From Octopus sinensis (Eukaryota), in assembly GCF_006345805.1 (NCBI RefSeq), contig NC_043003.1, positions 94,550,001-94,614,000 on the forward strand: a stretch of DNA of 64,000 bases, read 5' to 3'. Below the pieces are notes generated by a model. It did not search any database, was not told the origin of the DNA, and saw nothing but the letters and a program-made list of their open reading frames with translations. The position numbers were made by a program, and so were the translations under genes. Below are positions 51,401-64,000 of the stretch, in pieces; the stretch's first letter is position 1, and each line of letters starts with the position of its first letter.

Positions 51401-52449
51401 TGCCTAATTATTAATTAGAAATATTATTAGCACACCAGACTAAATGCTTAGTGACATTTCATCTGTCCTTATATTTTGGGCTCAAATTCCGCTGAGGTTG
51501 ACTTTGCCTTTCATCTTTTTGGGGGTTGATGAAATAATTACCAGCTATGCAATGACAGTGACACTAACAAGGATGGTAACAATGACAATAACAATAATGA
51601 TGATGATGATGACAACGATGGTGACACTGATGATGTTGATGATAATGATGATGATAATGATGAAGACAATTTCTAACAAGAAAAAAAATGTATGCCTTCT
51701 TAGCAATAATAGATGAGGAAACAGAAATGAATGAAAAAAAATGATGATATTTGCATTGGAAATTATTAAAAAATATGCAGACAAATATATAAATGAAAGT
51801 GCAGGTTAACAGATATATATATAAATAACATAAATTAAAACTAGTAAGCTGTGTACACACATTACATAAAGTAAGTTTCAATACAATAGAAGTGGTATGT
51901 GAGACATAGATATTTTCTCGTGTTTACTTTCATACTTCTTTGATCCAAGATTGCATTCCTTAACCATCTTTTCTTTTCATCTCCCTGATATGAATAAAGT
52001 GTAAGAGAGCAAAGTGTTTGGAGCAGTTGGATCGTTTATTTAAAAAGAAGTTAATAAATGCAGGTATAGCTGTGTAGTGTGTAGTGTGAAGTTTGCTTCC
52101 AAGCCACATGGTTTCAGGTTCAGTCCCTCTGCATGGCACCTTGGGCAAATGTCTTTTATTATAGCTCTAGTCTGACCCAAATCTTGTGAGTGGATTTGGT
52201 AGATGGAAGCTGAAAGAAGGCCATTGTATACACATACACACATACATACATGTACATATATATATATACGTGGTTGTGTGGTTAGAAGCTTGCTTCCTAA
52301 TCACATGGTTCTGGGGTTCGGTCCCACTGTGTGACACTTTGGGCAAGGGTCTTTTACTATAGCCTCAGGCTGACCAAAGCCTTGTGAGTGGATTTGGTAG
52401 ATGGAAACTAAAATAAGTTCATCGCATATGTGTGTGTGTACGTGTGTGT

Positions 52450-52515
<66 letters not shown>

Positions 52516-53768
52516 GTGTGTGTGTGTTTGTAGCCCCCACCATTCCTTGACAACTGATAGAATAACTGATACAAATAAAAGATAAAATGATAAAAGTACT
52601 CCAAGATAAATCAATTCCAAAACCAAGTCTGTTATAAAAAAATATTAAGTGGTGAATCTTAGTCTTATTTTGTTTAAGGAACCTGTTCTCTTCTGCCCTG
52701 ATTTTCCTAATGTAAAACTGCCTTCATCTCTACTGTATCACTGCACATTTAAAAGGGATCTTACACTTGCAAACAGCCCGATAACCTCACTAATGTTGGT
52801 GCCATGTAAAAGCACTCAGTACATTCTGTTGAGTGTTTGGTAGTAGGGAGGGCATCCAGCCATAGTAAGTACATCACAGCAGACATTGGGGCATGATGTA
52901 ATCTTTAGGGACTGTCAGATATTGCCAAAACCCTCAACCCATGCCAACATGGAAGATGGATGTTAAAAGATGAGGATGATGATGATAATGATGACTATGA
53001 CAATGATGATGATGATGACAATTTTCAAGTTACCATGCCAACAAGGCCAGTTTGCACTGGCTTCAACAAAATACAATTTTCTTTCTGGTATTCAAAAGTT
53101 ATCAGATTATAACACTGAGATAGTATGAAGTTAATTGAAACGAAAATTACTTACAACAAAAATGTTTGAATTCTGTTTTATTTGCTGCTACCACCAACAG
53201 AAGGGGATTCAAAGTGGGGAGATGATTCTAGAATTTCATGTGTCAAAAAATATCTCTGAAAATGATGCCAGCCTCCCACAGAAATTTGAAACTTATAAGA
53301 TGTGAACCTGTAAAGATCTTAGCAATAACATGACATTTATTTACATCCAACTCAGTTGGGCCTTTAATTGTTAAGTTTTCTTGACAATGGTCCTGGGTCA
53401 GTTGCTGGTGACAGAATTGACGAATCTGTAATATTCTAATAGTTACTGATGGCTAAGTGGATATAATATTGAACTACCAACTCTTAGATGCTGAGTTCAA
53501 ATATCATGTGACATTTTTTACATTTTGTTACGCATTGTTGTAGCTGTGTGATAAGATGCTTGCTTCCCAACTACACAGTTCAATGTTGAGTACCATTGCA
53601 TGACACTTTGGATAAGAGTCTTCTACTATAGCCTTGGGCCCAACCAAAGCCTTGTGAATGGATTTGGTAGACAGAAACTGAAGGAAGCTCATTGTATATA
53701 TGTGTGTGTGTGTGTTTTTGTGTGTTTGTGTATGTGTGTTTTCTTATATGTTGATGTGTGCATGTGTG

Positions 53769-53851
<83 letters not shown>

Positions 53852-54258
53852 GTCTTTCCAACTGAGTTTGTCCTCAACCACTGCTTGACAACAAACGCTG
53901 GTCTGCCTATGTCCTCATAACTTAGCAGTTCAGCCAAGGAGACAGATAGAATAAGTACTAGGCTTATAAAAGAAGTATAAAAAAATAAGTACTTAGATCA
54001 ATTCATTCAACTAAAAATCTTCAAGATGGTGCTCCAGCATGGCTACAGTCTAATGACTGAAATAAGTAACAGGTAAAAGATAAAAGGCGGGAGTCTGATT
54101 CCAAAATATTTGTGATGAATAAATCATCTCCATACACTTTGTAAATGGGATCAATGGTGCCTTCATTGACACCAAACTTGTGATCCACAGCAGAAAAGCT
54201 ACCATTGTCATGTATTTCCTAAATCATCTCTGTCTTTTCTTTGAAAGAATACACTCAC

Positions 54259-54315
54259 TTGTTTTGCTTTTTAAATCAGGCAGCTTTATATTTCTCCTGT
54301 TTACTGGTCCTATGT
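54259..54315 (-). CDS. candidate internal exon (57 nt, phase 1 to 1), xIGPVNRRNIKLPDLKSKTx
   Basis: Acceptor ctttgtattgtgctcatag, donor CAA|GTGAGT, single open frame. Confidence 0.3.
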
Positions 54316-55342
54316 CTATGAGCACAATACAAAGCATTGCAGCATTGTCATATAAATATAAGCAATAGTAAGTGTACTCTGAGTAGCTGAGCTTTGTAGG
54401 TGGTCAGTGGAACATGTTTTTGAGAGTAAGCAGATTCTTTAACTCATTACCGACCCATTTTATCACAGCTCAATTCAATTGAGGATACAGATCAGTGATA
54501 AATGAGGCTAAACGTACCCTTAATTCTGCATGTCTATAATGACTTAGAGATGAGAAATAAGGGACAGGTTTGAGAATCCTACTTTCTGTTTATATTAGGC
54601 TGTTATACAATCTGGATGGAGAATTAGCTCTCATCTGCTTCATATTATAAAAATATTGTCCTTTGAGATCAAACACTGTCCCTTTAGAGCCCTGCATGCA
54701 TTTCTTCCTTTTCCTTTTTCTAATTCCAACCAGGATGCCAATACCTTGTTGATTTGGACAGATATGCCAGCATTAACAACTGTTATCTCAACAGAGAAAT
54801 GAAAATTCTTATCAAAAACATATTGACACAAATGTCCATCAGAAATTGATAAGGTTTTATTTTTACAATTCTGTACATTTTTAGTTGTGTGTGTGTGTGA
54901 GTATCTGATACCTGCATGTGCGTAGAATGTATATGAGTATATGTGTGGAGGGTGTACATTTAACTATTTTGTAAGCCCTGTTGCACTAGACATATCATAT
55001 CAATGTACTTATAAATACAAACATGTATGCATGTTTGTGTATGCGTGTGTGTGTCTGTGTGTGTGTGTCTGTGTGTGTGTGTGTGTGTGTGCGCATGTGT
55101 GTATGTGTGCATACACAAGCACACTGTCACATACATGTATGCATGAACACACATATATATATGTACGTGTGAACATATATGCTAATGAATATATATATGT
55201 GTGTGAGTGCATGTGTGTATATACACATGCACACAAATATATTTGTATATATATACATATATATAGATACACCAGAGTAAACACATAAATGTGAAACAAG
55301 GTGGAAAAAAGAGTACTCAAATACCAGGGGTAGAGTAATATG

Positions 55343-55511
55343 CTTTATTTAAAAGCAGCAGAAATTCAACAAAACCTGTTACTCGGAGTTTCACATTCCC
55401 GTTCGTCGGACAGTTTTGTTAAAAATTTTTTTTAACAAAACTGTCCGACGAACGGGAACGTTAAAATCCAAGTAACAGGTTTTGTTGAATTTCTGCTGCT
55501 TTTAAATAAAG
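55343..55511. mobile_element. ~170-bp palindrome with two opposed HHR-like motifs
   Basis: Arms of about 80 bp around AAAAATTTTTTTT; the right end abuts (TA)n. Confidence 0.8.
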
Positions 55512-55528
55512 TATATATATATATATAT

Positions 55529-55592
<64 letters not shown>

Positions 55593-55859
55593 CTATATGT
55601 ATTATTTTCTCCCCTTCTTCCTAGCTCTCCTGTCTAACTATTTTTTCCTACCCAGTCACCATGATTGATCGCTAAATCCACATGGTTTTTTATTCTTTCT
55701 CTGTTTATTTCCTCATCTACCTTTCTGTTGAAGAGCATAGGCTTGAAACATAAAAGACTTTCTCACATTCTTGAGCATCAAACTAATACATCTGCTGTTG
55801 TTCATACACTTGTCTCCAAGTTTTGTTCTTCTGTAAATTTCAACTATATACACACACAC

Positions 55860-55939
<80 letters not shown>

Positions 55940-57043
55940 GTATGTATTATAAATATGCATGTGTATACATGTGCATATGTGTGTCCACTGCCAATAATAG
56001 CAGAGTACTATTAAGTCCCTACAAACCACCAAACAAAGAACTCTTCAAAACAATAAAGATACAAAACTGAAACTGGTTTAATCAATACTAAAAGCTAGTC
56101 ACTTTGTTGCCTAGTAACCCTAATGTACTTTTCACTTGGTGCTTTTCAGTGATAAAAAAACTTTGCCTAATAGTACTATGTTAGACATATACAGACAATG
56201 CACACACAAACACCCACAATTACACACATACATACACACTTGAACACACAAATATATATACAACATATATATATATGTATCTATTGTATACATATATATA
56301 TATATATATGCTTGTATGTATATACATGTGTGTGTGTGTTTGTATGTATATACATATACCTTAATGTTATCAAATTTTTAAAGAATGCATTCTCAAATTC
56401 ATTTTGTGCCATATTCTCAGCCAATAATGTCTATTTCTCACATTCAGTTCTTCACTTTATTAGCAGTTAGTTTAAAATCAATGTCTATAGAACAGAAGAA
56501 ACTAATCAATTGAATCAATCCACAGCATATCGCTGGTATTTATTTTATAAGAAGACAGTGTGTTACGTCAGTCATAACATATTGGTTTCAAATTTTGGCA
56601 CAAGGCCAGCAATTCCAGAGGTTGGGGGAGGATGTAAGTTGATTGCATTGATTGCAGTACTCAACAGGCACTTATTTTTATTGACTCTGAAAGGATGATC
56701 AAGAACATAAACCTTGATGGTATTTGAACTTAGTACGTAAAGATGGATGAAATACCACTAGGCATTATGCCCAATATGCTAACGAATCAGCCAGCTTGCC
56801 ACTTTGTAACATATTATGCAACTTACATAGGGCGACAAGCTAGCAGAAATATTAGCACGCCCAGTGAAATGTTTAGTGGTATTTTGTCTGTCTTTATGTT
56901 CTGAGTTCAAATTCCGCTAAGGTCAACTTTGATAAATTAAGTACAAGTTGAGGTTAATCTAATCAACTGGATCCCTCCCCAAAAATTTCGGGAATTGTGC
57001 CTAGAGTAGAAAAGATTATTGCAACTTAGATTTCATGCACACT

Positions 57044-57077
<34 letters not shown>

Positions 57078-57199
57078 CTTAACAGTATTTTACAGTATTG
57101 TGGATTGAGTATTCTTTATTGTTTGTGTTAGAGGTACTAGACAAGGAATTGTTCAGAAGTAAACAGTCTCAGAATTAATTTCCTTTCTACTCTTCTAGA

Positions 57200-57262
<63 letters not shown>

Positions 57263-58089
57263 CAATATATATATATATATATCTTTCTCTCTCTCACCTA
57301 CTCTGTCTCAATTGCTTTCTCTCTGTCCCCCCTTTCTCTCTCTCTCACATTTAATTCAGTTTCTACTGTTCTATATGGTTTCTCTCTCTCACTCCCCCTC
57401 TGCCCTTCTGTCCCTCCTCCTCTCTCTCTTCCCCTTCTCCTCTTCTCTCCATCTCTCTCTCTCTCTTTTTCTCCCTCTCTGACTCACTCACTCACTCACT
57501 CACGCACTCTGCACCATGCAGAGTCCACACACATCTCAGCCATACACTTCAGTCAAAGGTCTTTTCATAAACTGTTGGGCTTAATTCATACTGTCCTTCT
57601 TAGACATGTTGCATTCATGACTCTGAATCCACATCTCTCCATGTAGTAAAAGAAAGAATCTTAAACTTATCCAGCAGCCTTCACACTCAGTCAGTTGAGT
57701 GAAAGTTTGGTTTTTAGCAGAGGATATGTAATCCATGGAATTTGGCAATGATGTTGAATCCATAGTACAAGACAGAGGGAAATAGCAGCATACAAGTATG
57801 AACATGTAGGTCACCTGTTCTCACTGATGTTATCGATATTAAAAGAAGAACTATATTTTTAACTGCAACATGTGTAAATTGATACGAAACAATTAATGAC
57901 AAACATTTATATACTAAGTGTGAAACTAGTACCGAAATGTATCTCTATAAGTTACACAACATTCAGTTGTAGTTTTTGTATTATCAGACCATTGTCTAGT
58001 GGCTAAGAAGCAACTGTACATCTTCAGATTGTTTAATTAAGTTAAGTTAAGTTAATTTTTTGGCTCAAAAAGCAAAAAGCAAGACTATG

Positions 58090-58290
58090 TAGGGAGACAT
58101 GGAGTTATGTACAGGGAGGGTGTTCATGCAAAGAGTTCAGGCCATTTCTGGTCAAGAGAGACTTTGAACCAAGCGGTTGTCGGCATCTTCACTATCTCGT
58201 CCGGCAACTTATTCCACAGATCCACAACCCGGACGGAGAAAGCCCCTCTCCTTCGATTGAGATGAAATCGTCACAGATAGAGCTTTTAGT
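58090..58290 (-). mobile_element. CR1-clade LINE 3' fragment
   Basis: RFHLNRRRGAFSVRVVDLWNKLPDEIVKMPTTAWFKVSLDQKWPELF. Confidence 0.75.
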
Positions 58291-58337
58291 TAAGTCCTTA
58301 TTACTCCAATGACATACACACACATATAGATAGATAA

Positions 58338-58394
<57 letters not shown>

Positions 58395-59208
58395 CAGTTA
58401 GACAGATAGATAAATGAATAGATAAAGAGATAGATAGATAGACAGACAGACAGGCAGGCATACAGACATAGACAGACAGACAGACAGCTACATACATACA
58501 TACATACATACATAACATACATAGGTGCACAATATGTACATACAAATACTTACATGTTCATACATACAAACATAAATCAGGAGCCATCAAGCAATTATAA
58601 TTTGTTAAAAGAAATCTGTTCAAATCTCTCCAGTTCAAAAAAATTTCAAATCATTAGACTGTTTAATATAAATTTCTCTATAATTCTCTGGTATGCTTTA
58701 ATATGTCAATGCATACACACAAACATACATACATATAAACATATACATTACATATATACATGCGTGTGTGTATGTTCATATATAAACTATGTATGTATGT
58801 ATGTATGCATGCATGTATGTACATATGTATGTATGATTGAATAAATGAATGAATGAAAGTATGATTACCTTGAATGTATGGTTGCTTGGAAATAGATGAG
58901 TGTTGAAAAAACAAAAGACATGCATTTCTGTGTGATTAAATCCCCTCAATAAAAGACACTGATACAGTTTGGGTCACTCATAGTCTGATTGGAGCCACTG
59001 TTAGAATATGTAAAGAGCAAAACTTATGTTTTCCATGTCCTACCTTTAAGGAGTATGTTAAAAGAAAGGCACATACTATTACTTTGGGCATTGCTGCTTT
59101 GTGCACCTTTATAAACCAATTACAGCTTCATAAAGCATCAGCACATGTCAGCAAATGTGTTGCTATTTACAGAGGTTCTGACATAGCAATGAATGTCTGA
59201 AATTATGT

Positions 59209-59253
59209 CTGTCACTGAGGTGGCTTAATTATGTTGAAACATGTGTCTGGCAG
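59209..59253 (+). ncRNA. decayed PLE-type hammerhead motif
   Basis: CUGUCA CUGAGGU GGC..GUU GAAA CA-UG-UG UC UGGCAG: A9 is mutated and stem II is held by G-U pairs. Confidence 0.4.
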
Positions 59254-60191
59254 TCTACTGACATCTTTCAGAACTTGGCTTGATGTGCTTCAATGCATGG
59301 CATTTCATAACAAGGTGCACTTTTACTCAGTGACAAGAGATCCATTATGAATGCCTTTTATGTTACAATGTGTGAAATGTAATTGTATACAACTCAATTG
59401 TTTGCTTATCAAAACTATGTATTTATTCATTAAATGGGTTTGAGAAGATTAAGCTTAGCTGATGAGATCTATTATGACTGAAATATATGCATACTTATCA
59501 CCTTCAATGCTAACAATGGTCAGATTGTTCATTGAAGACGATAATTAAATTTCTTAGAAATTTATTCCTGATTTCCTAAAACAATTAATTTTCACTTTTT
59601 TTTTGTTTTGTTTTGTTTCATATTTGATGTTTTTTCTTGGGGGGGGGGGGCTTGCTTACAATCACAGCTTGACTAAAGTTTTTTTTCTTTGGCTAAGCAA
59701 CAAATTTTATTCATCATCATCATCATCATCATCATCATAATCATCACCACCACCACCAACAACAACAACATCACCATAGGTTTCATTTTGCTTTTGTTTT
59801 CTTTTCATTCACTTTTCCATGCTTGCATGGGTCAGACAGAGTTCAATAAGGCAGGTTTTATATGGCTGGATGCTTCTCCTGTTGCCAACACTGACTTGTA
59901 TTCAGCCAATCAATTATTTCACCATGTCCAAGCTTCTTTCCAAAGAAGATTGGAATAACAGAATTCATGTAACAGTGATAATCATTTAAAAATATTGCAT
60001 AATGTCAAGAAAAGAGAACACAATAACACACATGCATGCACATACGCCCACACATACGAACACACATATATATACATGTATATCCATACATAAATACATA
60101 TATATACACACATACATATATGTACACACACATATGTATATACATATATATACACACATATGCATATACATCCATCCATCCATCCATACAC

Positions 60192-60222
<31 letters not shown>

Positions 60223-60656
60223 TATATATACATATGTATATGCATATATACATATGAAAATATGCGTATATACATATGTATATATATACATACATGCACA
60301 TACATATACATATATATTGACTTTTGAAATGAAGCATGAGATTGATAATATTTATTCTACTTCACCTCTCACCCCCAACCACATCCCATTTATCATTATA
60401 TACATTCCTGTCTTGAAACCATATAAAAAAAAAAGCAAAAATTAAAAATAAAAAGCCAAGAGAGATCAATAAATAAATGTCATAAAATATTTTATCATGA
60501 TTTATCAGTGTCTCATTAAGTGCCAAGAACAACATTTTAGCCATTTTATACAGTCTATAACATAGCTATAGTAAATCTATTTTCTATGTATAAAAGTCTT
60601 TCTTTTTTACATTTGCTGAAGAAAATTACCTTGACAAACCTTTCTCTCGGTAGTCC

Positions 60657-60687
<31 letters not shown>

Positions 60688-60885
60688 TCCTCTTTATCTA
60701 TCTATCTATCTCTATCTAGCTATCTGCCCATATATAAATGTGTGTGTGTGTGTGTGTGTACATGTGTGTGTTTGTATGTATTTGTGTATACATATATAAA
60801 TACATATATACATATATATACAAGTATATATATATATATATAATGTGTATATATGTATATATGTGTATATATAAATATATATAAT

Positions 60886-60954
<69 letters not shown>

Positions 60955-61020
60955 ATATATAATGATAGTAAAAGGTAACAACAGAATATCCTCAATATTA
61001 GAGAAATAGAGGATTATTTA

Positions 61021-61592
61021 TATATATTATAATTTAGAACAAACAGTAAAAAGTTGTCATTATAGTACTCAGAGTTTCGAAAGTTGGAGCGAAGAGCTAC
61101 AATATGTTCTTGTCAGCTATTAATGGCAACAAACGCTATGAAAAACCGTTACATAAAAAGGATAAAAAATACACGTATAAATATCTAGAGATATATGTAT
61201 TATGTTACGTGTATATATATAAGCAACTATGTGTATATGAAGATGAAGTTGTGCACATATATACATATATATATGCATGTGTGCACGTGGATGTGTATGT
61301 ATGAGCACATACATACATATATGTTTGTGTGTGCGTGTATACATGTTTGTGTGAGTGTGTACATATGTAGATGTGAACGCAGGAGGTTTATGTCTATGCA
61401 TTGTGAGAATATAGTTGCGAGTATTTTTTATCTTTTTTCTTTTTCCACCTATTAGTGTTACTTCCCTTATATTTAACCGTTTCTTCGTAGCATCAGTTGC
61501 TATTAACAGCCAATGAAAATGTATCGTAACAACACTTTGCTCCAACATTCAAAACTTCAAGTACTACTGTTTGTTCTAAATTATAATATATA
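61021..61592. mobile_element. diverged inverted-repeat element with opposed decayed HHR motifs
   Basis: Arms ~61021-61130 and ~61497-61592 share ATAATTTAGAACAAACAGTA and the HHR-like segment. Confidence 0.65.
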
Positions 61593-61593
61593 C

Positions 61594-61664
<71 letters not shown>

Positions 61665-61831
61665 CATATATATACATACATATATATGCATACATGCATA
61701 CATACATACGTACATACATACATATATGTATACATACACATAAATATGTGTATATATGTATGTACATATATGTATCTATCTATTCATATGTATATGTGAG
61801 TGAGTGTGTATATAAATACATATATACATAC

Positions 61832-61864
<33 letters not shown>

Positions 61865-61887
61865 ACACATATATGTGTATATACATA

Positions 61888-61919
<32 letters not shown>

Positions 61920-62853
61920 CACATACATATGCATATATATGTATATATATTGTATAAATGAATATATGTATATGTGTGTGTGCATTTGAGTGTATATATA
62001 TGTATATATATATATATCCATACCAGCAAGGAAAGCAGACATCAAACGATGGTGATGATATATACACACACATGAATATGAGTATATATGCATATACATT
62101 TGTGAGAGTGTGCGTGTGTGTGTGTGTGTGTGTATCACTTCTTTGTTGTCGTTAAGTTCAGTTCTCTGATATCTCAATGTCTTCTTCCTCAAACATTTGT
62201 TCTCAAAGACAAAACAGGCACCTTCATGTCTTCCAGTTTGGCAGACCAATTAACTACGGTGCAGATTAGTGATGATAAATGCATTGAGAGATTACGAGAA
62301 ATATAAAAAAAAGAACAAATAGGAGATGTGGATGGAGAGGAGTGAGGAGAATTCACCATCATCATCAGCATCAGTCATGAATCAATGTTGCTGCCATTAT
62401 CATCATCATCATCACCATCACCACCAACCACTGCCTCTACCACCAACACCACCACCACCATCATCACCATCGATAGCATCACCAATGCTGCCATCATTGT
62501 TGTTGTCATCATCATTTTAATCATCATCACCACCATACCTCAAACATCATCATCATCGTCCCCATCACCACTACCATTGTCATTGTTGCTCTTCATCATC
62601 ATCATCCTCATCATCATCATTGTCCTCACTATCACCACCACCACCACTATCATCATCATCACCACCACTGCCGTCATCATCATCATTACCACCATCACCA
62701 TCATCATAGCAGCAATGATAATGATATCACTCCTGCTATCATTAAAACTGATTGTATATCTCTCCCATAGTGACATGGATTGCAAAATTCCAATGTTTAG
62801 CTTTAATTAATTCTCTATAAATATATATACATATACATACATACATAGATATA

Positions 62854-62889
<36 letters not shown>

Positions 62890-63130
62890 CACACACACAC
62901 ACACACACATAATATATACCTACATACACACACACACACCACATATATATATACCTACATACACACACCCACACACACATAATATATATATATATATATA
63001 TATATAATATAATATATATATATATATATATATAATATATATATGTAGGTCCCGGGTTGATTCGGGGTTAACCACAGTAAATAAGGTACTCAATACATAG
63101 CAGAGTAAAATTAATTTATTATATAGAAGG

Positions 63131-63181
63131 AGCTTCTACAGGACTAGAACTGTTTCATTCAAGAGAAATCTTCAGGAAGCT
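63131..63181 (-). ncRNA. full type I hammerhead ribozyme (one stem II mismatch)
   Basis: AGCUUC CUGAAGA U-UUC-UCUU-GAA-U GAAA CAG-UUCUAGUC-CUG UA GAAGCU, with a GUA triplet. Confidence 0.75.
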
Positions 63182-63829
63182 AGTTAACAAGAATTGTATT
63201 GGCATTTATACATTTAGGCAGGTTTAAAGGGGTGTTGGTGGGGGACTTTTTGGGGGTAGGCATAGCGCAAAATATCATACTTGGGGGAGTGGTCAAGGAG
63301 TCAGTGTTAAATTAGATAGAAGAATAAATAAAAAAATAAAAAAATAAATAAAATAAAAAAATAAAAAAATAAAAAAATCTATATATAAAAAAAAATATAT
63401 AATAAAAAAATAAAATAAAATAAAAAAAAAGGGGAATAGAGTTTTAGGTAAATAAGGAGATTCTCACTTATACCTATGCACACATGTATACATACATACA
63501 CACACATACAAACATATATACATATACATACACACATACATACACACACATATATATACATACATATACACTTACACATACACATACATATACATAACTA
63601 CACATACACATATATGTATACATACACACACTCACATGCATACACGTATACACACATGTATAATACACACACGACCACATATACATATACGCGCAGAAAA
63701 ATATATATACACATACACTCACATACACCATACACACACATATCCACACACACACATGCACACACAGCACACTAGTCCCTATATACACATATATACACAT
63801 ACACACACATATACACCACTACATACTAT

Positions 63830-63860
<31 letters not shown>

Positions 63861-64000
63861 CATATGTGTACCTATGCATACCTACACATACACACATATG
63901 TACATATATATACACATACAAATACAGACCCATTCCCTAATTTTAATTTTATTATCTTCGTTTATTACTTTTGTTATCTTTGGCCGCTTGGTCACAAACA

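Noticed and set aside
59455-59495. CTGATGA...GAAA motif
   Set aside because: Stem II is mismatched and no stem I follows a UH triplet.

Overview
AT-rich, repeat-dominated eukaryotic DNA, typical of an intron or intergenic region. The SINE families and microsatellite density suggest an octopod cephalopod; this is inferred from pattern recognition, not from a database search. No complete gene is supported, and nearly all ORFs in the supplied track are microsatellite or repeat artefacts. The window contains three tRNA-headed SINE families, RTE-type 3' tails, and decayed R4/Dong-like, RTE and CR1 LINEs. It also holds DD37D (maT), mariner, hAT and piggyBac-type DNA transposon remnants. The most striking signal is a set of about ten hammerhead-ribozyme (HHR) motifs from several unrelated sequence families. 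One has an intact core and intact stems in a CpG-retaining, apparently non-repeat context (19942-19989, minus). One is a full type I fold (63131-63181, minus). Several occur as inverted pairs, and two belong to a Penelope-like insertion whose terminal repeat carries a tRNA-derived Pol III head. A few short open exon candidates with good splice sites are listed at low confidence. Repeat boundaries are approximate unless a TSD or TIR is quoted.
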